Assembly (NCBI GenBank): GCA_947598205.1
Contig: CANQFB010000001.1
Span: 61,266 to 125,265, forward strand
Direction of reading: 5' to 3'
DNA: 64,000 bases
From: an uncultured Clostridia bacterium
GTDB taxonomy: Bacteria; Bacillota; Clostridia; Christensenellales; Borkfalkiaceae
This document shows positions 47,697 to 56,406 of this stretch, piece after piece (position 1 is the first letter of the stretch; every line of letters begins with the position of its first letter). The translations under genes were made by a program, and so were the position numbers. The notes below the pieces were generated by a model, which did not search any database, was not told the DNA's origin, and saw nothing but the letters and a program-made list of their open reading frames with translations.

Positions 47697-47786
47697 TGGC
47701 GCAGAGCGAGGGATTTGAACCCCCGTATACATTCCTGCATAACACGATTTCGAATCGTGCGCGTTCAGCCACTCCGCCAGCTCTGC
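47697..47786 (-). tRNA. tRNA-Ser(CGA), type II with long variable arm, CCA encoded
   Basis: Reverse complement GCAGAGCTGGCGGAGTGGCTGAACGCGCACGATTCGAAATCGTG...GGGGGTTCAAATCCCTCGCTCTGCGCCA. Acceptor GCAGAGC/GCTCTGC; anticodon loop TTCGAAA. Confidence 0.9.
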
Positions 47787-47863
47787 AAAAACATATTCAT
47801 TTTACACGAAACGCCGCAAAAAAGCAACAATTTTTTACGGCGTTTATAAAATTTCTTTTCCGA

Positions 47864-49924
47864 TCATGCCGGCGGCAGGGAGATGGTGAAGATCGTCTTC
47901 CCGTCCGTGCGGGCATAGGAGAGTTCGCCGCCCATGTCGTGCACGAGATCGCGGCAGATATAGAGCCCCAAGCCGAGGTTTTCTCCCTGCGGGTTGCCCG
48001 TCTCATAGGGGGCGAAGGGCGCCGAATTTTTATCCAGCCCCTTGCCGTCGTCGGCGACGTTGATGCGGCAGGCCTTGCGGGTGCGCGTGCTCGAGAGCCA
48101 GATATTCTCGCATCCGCTGTGTTCGAGGGCGTTGAAGATCAGGTTGTTGAGCACGGCGGCGAGGGTATTTCTTCTGGAGAAGGCCTCGTTTTCGGCCGTA
48201 TGAAGATGCAGGCGCACGTTGTTGGCCTCGCAATCGGGGGAGAGGGCGTCGAAGACGCTTTGCAACACTTCCCCGAGGTCGATCCTCTGCGCCTTCTCCG
48301 CGGAGAAATTGAGCTTTGCATATTTTTGCAGTTCGACGAGGTTCTTATCCACCGTTTCGATCTTTTGTTGCACGGTCTTGAAGGCCTTCTGCCGCACGGG
48401 GTCGCTCTCGGTAGAACCGAGTTCGGCCACATAGCGTTTGACGGAGACGACGGGCTTGCGCATATCATGCGAAATATAGCGCAGGATCTTATCGCGTTCG
48501 GCGATGACGCTGGTCAGATTTTCCGTCCTCCGCGCGACCTCCGAGCGCAAGTTCTTTGTGAGGTAGGCGCTCGTCCTCTCGGCCGTAACAAACTCCTTGA
48601 AGAAGACGGCGATCGTGACGATCAAGATCAAATAGAAGAGGTAGATCACGGGCATGGTATAGGCCGTTAACGTCCAGAGGGGGAGGAAGGGGATGATTGC
48701 GGAGACCACCGCGGCGAGCACGGGGAGGGCAACGTCGAGCACTCCCTTCTGCCCCTTATAAGCCATATAGCCCGTGGAGGCGAGCACGGCCGCCGAGAGG
48801 AAGAGGGTGATCACGATCCTGTAGATATGGAGTGCCGCAAACGATGCGGGCGGGACGATGGGCATCACGATGTGTACGGCGACATTGACCCCCGCGATCG
48901 CGGCGAGGAGCATCCATACGGGAAACCGCCCGATGCGGATGCGCATGATGATGGTAGGGGCAAACAGGATGAATGCGATGCCGAGCATGCCCGCGGCCGA
49001 GAGCAGGTACGGATAGGACGTAGAACCCCACAGGAGGATGCGCGAAAGACAGGTGAGGAACACGCCTGTCATCACGCCGAGCTGGGGCAGGAAGGAGAGC
49101 GTCTTCTTCAGCAGGCACAAAAAGATGAAGATGCCGAGCGCAATCCCCGCGACGACGGCCCCCGCGGTCGAAAGATTGAGGTTGGTCTGCACGAAGCCGA
49201 ACACCTCCTTCTCCGTTCCGATATAGGGCGTCCCGCGAATACCCGAGAGGAGGTTTCCGTCAGACTCGAAATGGATGGTGACGGTGTGTCCCTCTTCCAG
49301 TCCATGTCCGATCCCCTCGACACGCCTTCCGTATAGCTTGACATCGAGGAAGACCCCCTTGGTCCCGCTGTCGTGCTTCTCCATTTTGCCCGTGTAATTT
49401 TCGTTATAATCGATGAAGTTATAATCGGAGAGCGAGCCCGCCGTATCCACGATCGTGTTGTCGAGATAGACGACGCATGACGCAAAGACGGTGGGAATAT
49501 AGACGGTCAGATGCAGATCCCCGTCCAGCCCGAGATACTTTTCTCTTGCATCGCGAAAGATGGCTTTGGCGCCCTCGGCGTCCGCATCGACGTGTGAGAT
49601 GACGAACTGATATGTCCCTTTCCCGGGTGCGGGGACATGGGAAGAGAGTTCCACGAGTTCCCCTTTGGGAAGGGTCTTGCTCACGGGAAGGACGTATTCT
49701 CCTGCCGTATAGTTCGCATAGGTGAGCGAGGCGAGGCCGTCGAAGTCCCCGATGCGGACAGCCGCCACGGGCTCTCCGCCGTTGTAACCCGCCCAGCTCT
49801 CGGAGAGAGGCGCGGCGGGCGGCATGTTGAGCCCCGTGAAGATGGAGACGAGTATGACCGCCGAGACCAGGATAGTCGCGCAGAAGACGAGAAAGGCGCT
49901 ATGCGTCTTGAAGAATTTTGTCAT
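47864..49924 (-). CDS. sensor histidine kinase with large extracytoplasmic domain and multi-TM region
   Basis: 686 aa. N-terminal TM, about 250-aa outside domain, about 7 TM. H-box SHDMRKPV; NNLIFNALEHS, DDGKGLD, GLGLGLYIC. Confidence 0.9.
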   Translation of the reverse strand: MTKFFKTHSAFLVFCATILVSAVILVSIFTGLNMPPAAPLSESWAGYNGGEPVAAVRIGDFDGLASLTYANYTAGEYVLPVSKTLPKGELVELSSHVPAPGKGTYQFVISHVDADAEGAKAIFRDAREKYLGLDGDLHLTVYIPTVFASCVVYLDNTIVDTAGSLSDYNFIDYNENYTGKMEKHDSGTKGVFLDVKLYGRRVEGIGHGLEEGHTVTIHFESDGNLLSGIRGTPYIGTEKEVFGFVQTNLNLSTAGAVVAGIALGIFIFLCLLKKTLSFLPQLGVMTGVFLTCLSRILLWGSTSYPYLLSAAGMLGIAFILFAPTIIMRIRIGRFPVWMLLAAIAGVNVAVHIVMPIVPPASFAALHIYRIVITLFLSAAVLASTGYMAYKGQKGVLDVALPVLAAVVSAIIPFLPLWTLTAYTMPVIYLFYLILIVTIAVFFKEFVTAERTSAYLTKNLRSEVARRTENLTSVIAERDKILRYISHDMRKPVVSVKRYVAELGSTESDPVRQKAFKTVQQKIETVDKNLVELQKYAKLNFSAEKAQRIDLGEVLQSVFDALSPDCEANNVRLHLHTAENEAFSRRNTLAAVLNNLIFNALEHSGCENIWLSSTRTRKACRINVADDGKGLDKNSAPFAPYETGNPQGENLGLGLYICRDLVHDMGGELSYARTDGKTIFTISLPPA

Positions 49925-50598
49925 GACTTTTCACCCGTGATAAAACAATACCCCTTGCCGTATTCGGCGATGATGAGATTTCGCTCCGTGGCGGCGAGGA
50001 GCTTTTGCCGAAGGTTGGAGACGTGATAGCGGATGGCGGTGGAGCGGAAGCTCGGTTCCCGCCAAATGTGCTCGTAGATCTCATCGGTGCGGAAGAACGT
50101 CCCCGCATGTTCCATCAAGAACTTGAGGATGTTGAATTCCGTCCCCGTGAGGATGATCTGCCTATCGCCGTAGAAGACCCTGCGCGCCGAGGCGTCGAGG
50201 ACGAGCCCGCTCACGATGAGCTTCGCCTCCGAAGAGGGGAGAAGGCGCAGTGCGAGCCGCGCTTCGAGCACGGGCATGGGGCAGGGCTTCACCACATAGT
50301 CGGCCGCGCCCGAAGAAAATCCCTCGAGCATGTCGTATTCCCCCGAGAGCGTCGTCATGATGATGACGGGCGGAAGGGAGGGGATGGAGAAGAGTTCCAG
50401 CCCCTCGCCGTCGGGGAGGATGAGGTCTAAAATGATGGCGTCGAACGTCTGTTGCGCAAGGGTGGCCTGCGCCTCCTGAAGGGTGGAGACGTCTACAACT
50501 TCATTCCCCCGCGAAGCGAAATAGTCCTTCGTCTTCACGCGAAGGCCGGTATTGTCTTCCACAATGAGAAGTTTTCTGCCTATGACGGGTTTTATCAT
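49921..50598 (-). CDS. OmpR-family response regulator
   Basis: LLIVEDN...AIILDLILPDGEG receiver; winged-helix C-terminus. ATGA overlap with the kinase gene. No SD before the ATG. Confidence 0.9.
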   Translation of the reverse strand: MIKPVIGRKLLIVEDNTGLRVKTKDYFASRGNEVVDVSTLQEAQATLAQQTFDAIILDLILPDGEGLELFSIPSLPPVIIMTTLSGEYDMLEGFSSGAADYVVKPCPMPVLEARLALRLLPSSEAKLIVSGLVLDASARRVFYGDRQIILTGTEFNILKFLMEHAGTFFRTDEIYEHIWREPSFRSTAIRYHVSNLRQKLLAATERNLIIAEYGKGYCFITGEKS

Positions 50599-50652
50599 AG
50601 CTGTAGTATATCATAATTTGACAAAATAATCCAAAATATTTTTGCAAGAAAT

Positions 50653-50672
50653 TGTTAGGAAATGTTAGAAAT
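50653..50672. promoter_or_regulatory. direct-repeat box (TGTTAG N4 TGTTAG), candidate response-regulator site
   Basis: TGTTAGGAAA TGTTAGAAAT, 10-bp phasing, in the divergent region between the RR-HK operon and 50764 gene. About 35 bp upstream of an extended -10 (TGCTATAAT, 50704-50712). Confidence 0.35.
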
Positions 50673-50763
50673 GAAAAAAATATATTCCATTATAAAAAAT
50701 TTGTGCTATAATGTATAAAAAAGAAGCTGTCCTGCCCGTCGGCAGGGCGGGAGGAAGAGAACC

Positions 50764-51177
50764 ATGTATAAGTTTTTCGGAGTGGAATGGGATATTCACA
50801 GCGCCGTCTTCTGGATCGTCATCGCACAGGCCGTCTTTATCCTCATCGCCGTGATCATCATTATCGTGCTCGCCGTCCGCGGCGCAAGAGAAAGGCGCGA
50901 GAGAAAGGAGCGCGAGCGTATGGGCTACCGCGTCTACCAACATCCCGCAAGCATGCAGAGGGGCGCCAGCTCTCCCGGCCGCATGACGCAGATCTATACC
51001 ACGCCGGAACTCGCCGATTCCGTGGAGCAGTATGTCGCCGACGTCCTCGAAAAGACCAAGAGAGCGACGGACGAGGCCGCCATGAAGACGAGCATCCGCG
51101 GCCCTGTCTATTATACCGAGCTCGTTCCGCGCAACGCGCAGAACCCCGCGGCACAGCAAAAGAAACCGCGCCGTTGA
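50764..51177 (+). CDS. small membrane protein of unknown function
   Basis: 137 aa. One TM (VFWIVIAQAVFILIAVIIIIVLAV), then a basic RERRERKERER stretch. GGAGG-like RBS. Confidence 0.65.
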   Translation: MYKFFGVEWDIHSAVFWIVIAQAVFILIAVIIIIVLAVRGARERRERKERERMGYRVYQHPASMQRGASSPGRMTQIYTTPELADSVEQYVADVLEKTKRATDEAAMKTSIRGPVYYTELVPRNAQNPAAQQKKPRR

Positions 51178-51287
51178 CCCGTTTGAAGAATTTCGCCCTT
51201 CCCTTGCGAAGGGTGATTTTTTTGCGCAATTTCCCTTCCCGTAAATAAAACCCGCCCGACTGCAAAAACTGCATTCGGGCATATTTT

Positions 51288-51923
51288 ATGGGAAATCAAA
51301 CCATCTGTTTCAAACATGAACCGCGCATCGTGGCCACAAGTACGGTGGCGGGGCCGAAGGAATGCCGCGGGATCGTCGGCCGCTATGTGGAAACGGCGCT
51401 CTCCGACGACATGTTCGGCGAAAGCACCTTCGAGAAGGCGGAATGTAAGATGCTCTCCACCGTCATCGACGGCGCGATCAGGAACGCGGGCCTCAAGCGG
51501 GAGGAAGTGGACATGATCGTCTCGGGAGACCTCCTTAACCAGATCATCTCCGCAAGTTTCGCCGCCCGCGACTTCTCAATTCCCTTTTTGGGGGTCTACG
51601 GCGCCTGTTCCACGATGGCGGAAGCGCTCGCCGTCTCTGCCGCATTCATCGACGGGGGACTCTGCAAACGCGCCGTAGCGGCCACGGGAAGCCATTTTGC
51701 CTCGGCCGAACGGCAATATCGCTACCCCTTGGAACTCGGATGCACCCGTCCCCCGCAGGCACAATGGACGGTCACAGCCGCAGGGGGAGCGCTCGTCGCG
51801 GCGGAAGGAAACGGCGTCAGGATCACGGCCGCCACCCTCGGCAAGGTGGTGGACTTCGGCGTGACCGACGTCAACAACATGGGCGCCGCCATGGCGCCCC
51901 CCATTGGTAAAATAGAACCATAG
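51288..51923 (+). pseudogene. spoVAD: spoVAD 5' fragment (about the first 205 of about 340 codons)
   Basis: VATSTVAGPKE...GDLLNQIISASFAARDFSIPFLGVYGACSTMAE...TGSHFASAERQYRYPLE...NNMGAAMAPP aligns with B. subtilis SpoVAD up to DMGSAMAPAA. It then diverges (IGKIEP, stop) into AT-rich sequence. The thiolase-like C-terminal half is absent. Confidence 0.8.
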
Positions 51924-52425
51924 AGAGATGTCTATGGACTATTAACAACAAAAAATCATATAAAAGGAGGTCAATTCAATAGACATCTATGCAACAGGGC
52001 GTGAAATTTATTCGCGCCCTCGTCGCCGCATTTTCTTTGAAAAGCTGATTTGATCCCGACGGCTCCTCTTCCATAAAAAACACTTTTCTTTTTTATGGAA
52101 GCCCAATATTCGCTTCGTTGTTCAGTTGCGACATATTTATTATTAGGTATCCCTACAGTTCGCCCGCGAACCGATTGCTCCCGCAATCGCCTCCACCCTC
52201 GAGTTCAAAAATGGATAAAAGGAAGAAAAGCTCCTCAAAGGGGGCTTTTCTTTCTTTGGTACACCAACCTCGTTCGGGTCAGGTGCGGTTGCGGCATGTA
52301 ATAGGAGGGCGGGGCTGCTCGGTATATCAAGGAACGAAATGAATATATTCATTTTTTGTCCTGTGGGAAAAAATCTAAAAAATCAATTTCTTGAAAATTT
52401 TTTTACAAAATGGCCCTTCATTTTG

Positions 52426-52455
52426 TTGACATGGGGGGGGGGTATGTGATATGAT
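52426..52455 (+). promoter_or_regulatory. promoter with G10 homopolymer in the spacer, upstream of giant lipoprotein gene
   Basis: TTGACA (52426-52431) T-G10 (52433-52442)-TATGTGA TATGAT (52450-52455). Spacer 18 nt, with an extended -10 TG. Confidence 0.5.
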
Positions 52456-52545
52456 ATAAAGTATAAATCCTGCATAAATAGAATTTTTTTAACATATTTA
52501 TTCAATTTAACAAAATTTGTGAGAAACTCACAAGGAGGTGTAAAC

Positions 52546-55500
52546 ATGAAACATAAGAAACTGATCGCGGCGCTCTTCTGTGCGTCGACTATGGCGATGG
52601 GTGCGGGCCTTCTCGCAGCGTGCGGGGGGCACACTCATTCGTGGAAGTGGCAGTCGAATGCCGAGGAGCACTGGCAGATGTGCGAGGAGGATTCGACGGA
52701 GAGAGACGGAAGCCGCGGGCCGCATGTCGACGCCAACGAGGACGGCGAGTGCGATACCTGCGAGCGCGCCATGACACCCTCGGAGCATACCCATGAGTGG
52801 AAGTGGCAGTCGGATGCCGAGGAGCACTGGCAGATGTGCGAGGAGGATTCGACGGAGAGAGACGGAAGCCGCGGGCCGCACGTCGACGTCAACAAGGACG
52901 GCGAGTGCGATACCTGCGAGCGCGAACTTCCCCCTGCACAGACGGACCTGTTCCCCGCCGACTACATTGGTACGTGGGAGTTCAAAATGGGTGGCGAGGT
53001 AATGGGATCGCTCGAGATCGAGGCGAATGCCGCAAAATTGGGTGACACCGCCGTCACGGTCACGAAGGCGACCGGCGAAGAGGGCTATACCTTTACGATG
53101 AAGGATCCGGATACGTCGGAGAATATCGAATATTCCTTCGTTCTTTCGTCGGATAAATACGCCCTTCTGCTCACTGCGGGCGGCTTCACCACGACCATGT
53201 TGAGGAGCGACTTTGACGCGACGGAGGACCCCGGGTTTATTTCCGCACCCGCGGGATACACGGGCGATTGGGCTACGAACAACGGCGATACGCTCAGCAT
53301 CTCGGCGGACGGCGATATGTTCCTCAACAGCAACTCCATCATCATCCTCACGCTCGCAGAGGATGAGAGCTTTGCAACGGCACTCATCTCGCAGGATAAC
53401 ACCTACTATTGGGCGGAAATTTATTTCGACGAGAACGAGATCTCTGTGAATATTGCGGGTATGGACTCCTTAACCTTTGCGCCGGCAACCGAGGAGACGC
53501 TTGAATTCCCCCTTGAACTTAGGGGAGATTGGACGGAGATCGGCGGCGAGAGGACCATCTCCATTGATAAAAAGACCATTACCTTCGGCGAAGAGGACGT
53601 GACGGCCACAGCCGTCGTGGAATATAGGACGGTCTACTTTGCGACGGAGGACGGCGAGGCGTATGAGCTCAACATCACTTCGGACGAATATGTGCTGTAC
53701 TTGACGAAGGAGGAGGAGACGGAGAAGACGCTCTTCCTCAACGATACAGCGCCCTCGCTCAAACTTGCTGCGGCGGACGCGTTGAAGGGCAAGACGTTTG
53801 CACCCGCTTCCGTTGCAAACACGCTTGGAAATCTCGCGGTCGCTGCTGACGGCACCCTCACGCTGGGCGACAAGGAGACGCAGGTGCTCTCCGTGGAAAT
53901 TGATTACGACACTTCGGCGGTGACGGCATTTACCTTAATCTGCGACGGAATGTGGTACCGCGCGATAGTTGAGGACACGATCACCCTTACCGACCTCAAC
54001 AACAAGACATATAAATTCGACGGCGAGAGCCTGAGCGATCTCACTGCTTATATCGGCGAGTGGAAGCAGTTCCATCCCAATACAACGACCACGGTCACCA
54101 TCACCGCGACCGAATTTAAGTATAACGGAGCGACGAAGCAATGCTATAGGGGTCTCGACGGTACGCTTTATTATAAGGATGGGGCGTTCCGCACGCCGTT
54201 CGGATACCTCGACGAGGAAGGGACCATCCTGTATTTAAGGATGAGTTCCACGTATTGGTTCTTCACCAAGGACGGCGCGGTGCCCACGGTGACGGCTATC
54301 CCCGAGGCGTTCCGCGGCAAATGGACCAGCGATAACTACTTTGGGCTCGAGATCGACGCTTCCTCTATTGCCGTCGACGGCAAGGCCTATACGCCGTTTG
54401 CCGTGACGGGCGAAGAGGGCGAGGAGACCATTCACGCCATCACCAACAACAACGGGTATGTCATCTTCACGATGGGCAAAGACGATGCGGGCGAAGACGC
54501 CGTTCTCATGGGCGACGGCTCTATGACGCTTGCAACGTTCAGCGCCGTGAAGCCCGATCCTCTGCCCGAAGAATATCGGGGCGAATGGCACGCGCTTTCA
54601 GGTGACGACACCGTCTCGATCGATGCCGACGGAATCTTCACTTATAACGGAACGGTCTACCCGACCACGATCGACGATCACGATGGCAGTTATCACTTCA
54701 CATTGGAAGGCAACACGCTGACCATCGAGGTCTCCTCGGACGGCTATGTGCTCTGGATCGACGAGGGCGACTACAACGTGACCTACTTTATCAAGGGGGC
54801 GCTTACGGATCTTCCCGATATCAAGCTCACCGAGCTTGCGAACACGAGCTGGACCAATGCGGATCAGGGTATAACGCTCACGTTCGACGAGACGGGCGCG
54901 GCTGCGATCGATACGGAAAAGGTGCAGATCCTCACGCAGGAAGCGGACAATGCCGACACCATCGGCACGCTCATCTATTTCGGAGCGTGGTACGATTTCC
55001 GTATTTCGGGCAACACGATCACCATCACGAATGCGACCGCCTCGATCGCATTCATCAAACAGGGCACGCAGCCTGCGTTTACCGCACCCCAAGAGATGAT
55101 CGGCACATGGATCTTAAGGACCTTCTTGGCGCCCGAGTACACAGGCGGCACTTCTCACCTTGACAAGGACTTCACCCTCAAGATCGAGGCGAACACCTTG
55201 AAGTGGGAGGAGGGGATCGTCACCGTTACGGATTTGGGCGAAGGCAAATATTCCTTCACAACGACTTCTCCCATCGTGGGCGACGAAGAAACGACCTATA
55301 CCTTCTGGCTCCAAGGGGACATTCTGCTCCTCGATGACGGAACGAACACCTATGTTCTCTTCATGAGCACTTGGGAGGATAATCTCGAAAGTTCGGTAGC
55401 GGTCCCTTCCGGGATCGCGACGGGAGATTGGACGGGCGCGAACGGCGAAAAATTGCAAATCTCAACGCCGACCGATGACGACCCGGGGCACGAGGCGTTC

Positions 55501-56268
55501 ATCACCGTGAAAGACAAAAATCTCTCCGGCGATCCGATCTGGCTGTTCACGGGCGCCACGGCGACCCTTTGCACAGGTTACTGCAAGCCCGTAGGCCCCA
55601 GCCACTATGTCTATGTAGAGATGTCTCTGACGGGAACGACGCTCACCGTCAAGCTGTACTTCGACTTTGATAAACCCGATATCTACACCTTCACCCAAAA
55701 AACGGTGGAAAAGCAGGAGTTCCCGGACGGTTTTTGGTTCACGACTTGGACGGAGTACGGCAAAGATACGGGTGCGCATGTCATCGAGATTGAAAAAAAT
55801 ACATTTACGCTGGACGGCGAGGACATTACCGCAGACACGACGGTCGTCGGCGACACGGTGAAGTTCACCATGGACGGGAAGGAATACACGCTTTGCATGA
55901 TCGATGAGTGGGATATATATGTCATTTATGCAAAGGCGACGGATGACGGCACGATCATCCTCTTCTGCGACATGGACAGTTTGAGCAGTCGCTCACTTGC
56001 GTTGAAGAATGCAACGGGTCTCACCGGCGCAACCTTTACGGCGACCGATGGCATCGGCGACATCGTCTTCGATATCACAAACGGAAAAGTGACGATCGGC
56101 GGGGTGGAAGTGTTTGTATACAGCGTGTCGATTGATTGGGACACGATGGGCCTTGAGGAAATGCAGTTCCTTTATAACGGCATGCGCTATAATGCAACCT
56201 TCTCTGGCGACACGCTCACCCTTACCGATCTTGACGGCAATACCTATACCTACACCAAGGCGGAATAA
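52546..56268 (+). CDS. giant lipoprotein built of about 12 tandem lipocalin-like modules
   Basis: Start set to ATG 52546 (MKHKKLIAALFCASTMAMGAGLLAAC, lipobox) behind AGGAGG. Two Cys/His-rich 52-aa repeats, then modules opening with aromatic-x-G-x-W (YIGTWEF, YTGDWAT, LRGDWTE, YIGEWKQ, FRGKWTS, YRGEWHA, MIGTWIL, ATGDWTG). Confidence 0.85.
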   Translation: MKHKKLIAALFCASTMAMGAGLLAACGGHTHSWKWQSNAEEHWQMCEEDSTERDGSRGPHVDANEDGECDTCERAMTPSEHTHEWKWQSDAEEHWQMCEEDSTERDGSRGPHVDVNKDGECDTCERELPPAQTDLFPADYIGTWEFKMGGEVMGSLEIEANAAKLGDTAVTVTKATGEEGYTFTMKDPDTSENIEYSFVLSSDKYALLLTAGGFTTTMLRSDFDATEDPGFISAPAGYTGDWATNNGDTLSISADGDMFLNSNSIIILTLAEDESFATALISQDNTYYWAEIYFDENEISVNIAGMDSLTFAPATEETLEFPLELRGDWTEIGGERTISIDKKTITFGEEDVTATAVVEYRTVYFATEDGEAYELNITSDEYVLYLTKEEETEKTLFLNDTAPSLKLAAADALKGKTFAPASVANTLGNLAVAADGTLTLGDKETQVLSVEIDYDTSAVTAFTLICDGMWYRAIVEDTITLTDLNNKTYKFDGESLSDLTAYIGEWKQFHPNTTTTVTITATEFKYNGATKQCYRGLDGTLYYKDGAFRTPFGYLDEEGTILYLRMSSTYWFFTKDGAVPTVTAIPEAFRGKWTSDNYFGLEIDASSIAVDGKAYTPFAVTGEEGEETIHAITNNNGYVIFTMGKDDAGEDAVLMGDGSMTLATFSAVKPDPLPEEYRGEWHALSGDDTVSIDADGIFTYNGTVYPTTIDDHDGSYHFTLEGNTLTIEVSSDGYVLWIDEGDYNVTYFIKGALTDLPDIKLTELANTSWTNADQGITLTFDETGAAAIDTEKVQILTQEADNADTIGTLIYFGAWYDFRISGNTITITNATASIAFIKQGTQPAFTAPQEMIGTWILRTFLAPEYTGGTSHLDKDFTLKIEANTLKWEEGIVTVTDLGEGKYSFTTTSPIVGDEETTYTFWLQGDILLLDDGTNTYVLFMSTWEDNLESSVAVPSGIATGDWTGANGEKLQISTPTDDDPGHEAFITVKDKNLSGDPIWLFTGATATLCTGYCKPVGPSHYVYVEMSLTGTTLTVKLYFDFDKPDIYTFTQKTVEKQEFPDGFWFTTWTEYGKDTGAHVIEIEKNTFTLDGEDITADTTVVGDTVKFTMDGKEYTLCMIDEWDIYVIYAKATDDGTIILFCDMDSLSSRSLALKNATGLTGATFTATDGIGDIVFDITNGKVTIGGVEVFVYSVSIDWDTMGLEEMQFLYNGMRYNATFSGDTLTLTDLDGNTYTYTKAE
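52630..52941 (+). repeat. 2 x 156-bp near-identical tandem repeat inside the CDS
   Basis: HTHSWKWQSNAEEHWQMCEEDSTERDGSRGPHVDANEDGECDTCER versus HTHEWKWQSDAEEHWQMCEEDSTERDGSRGPHVDVNKDGECDTCER. About 130-nt core with 4 mismatches. Confidence 0.9.
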
Positions 56269-56406
56269 CCGCCTGAAAGAGAGACAACTCAAAAGAGAGA
56301 AGGGGAAAAGTCCTCTTCTCTCATTTGGGTATTTTCAGACAACTGATTTTGCGGCGCCCGTAGCCGAAGGTTTGGCAAATTCCACGGACGCCGTTTACGG
56401 ATAATT

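Noticed and set aside
45750-47700. Intact integrative element at tRNA-Ser
   Set aside because: No integrase, excisionase or replication gene lies between mscL and the tRNA. Only three small cargo-like genes and att-like ghosts are present, so it is at most a remnant.
52257-52330. tRNA 3'-end stub beginning tggtacaccaacc, in the same relative position as tRNA-Ser after the 36-mer and terminator
   Set aside because: Only about 8 of 11 nt match the tRNA-Lys(CTT) 3' end. No T-arm (GGTTCGAAT-like) or complementary stem can be drawn, which is too weak to call an att remnant.
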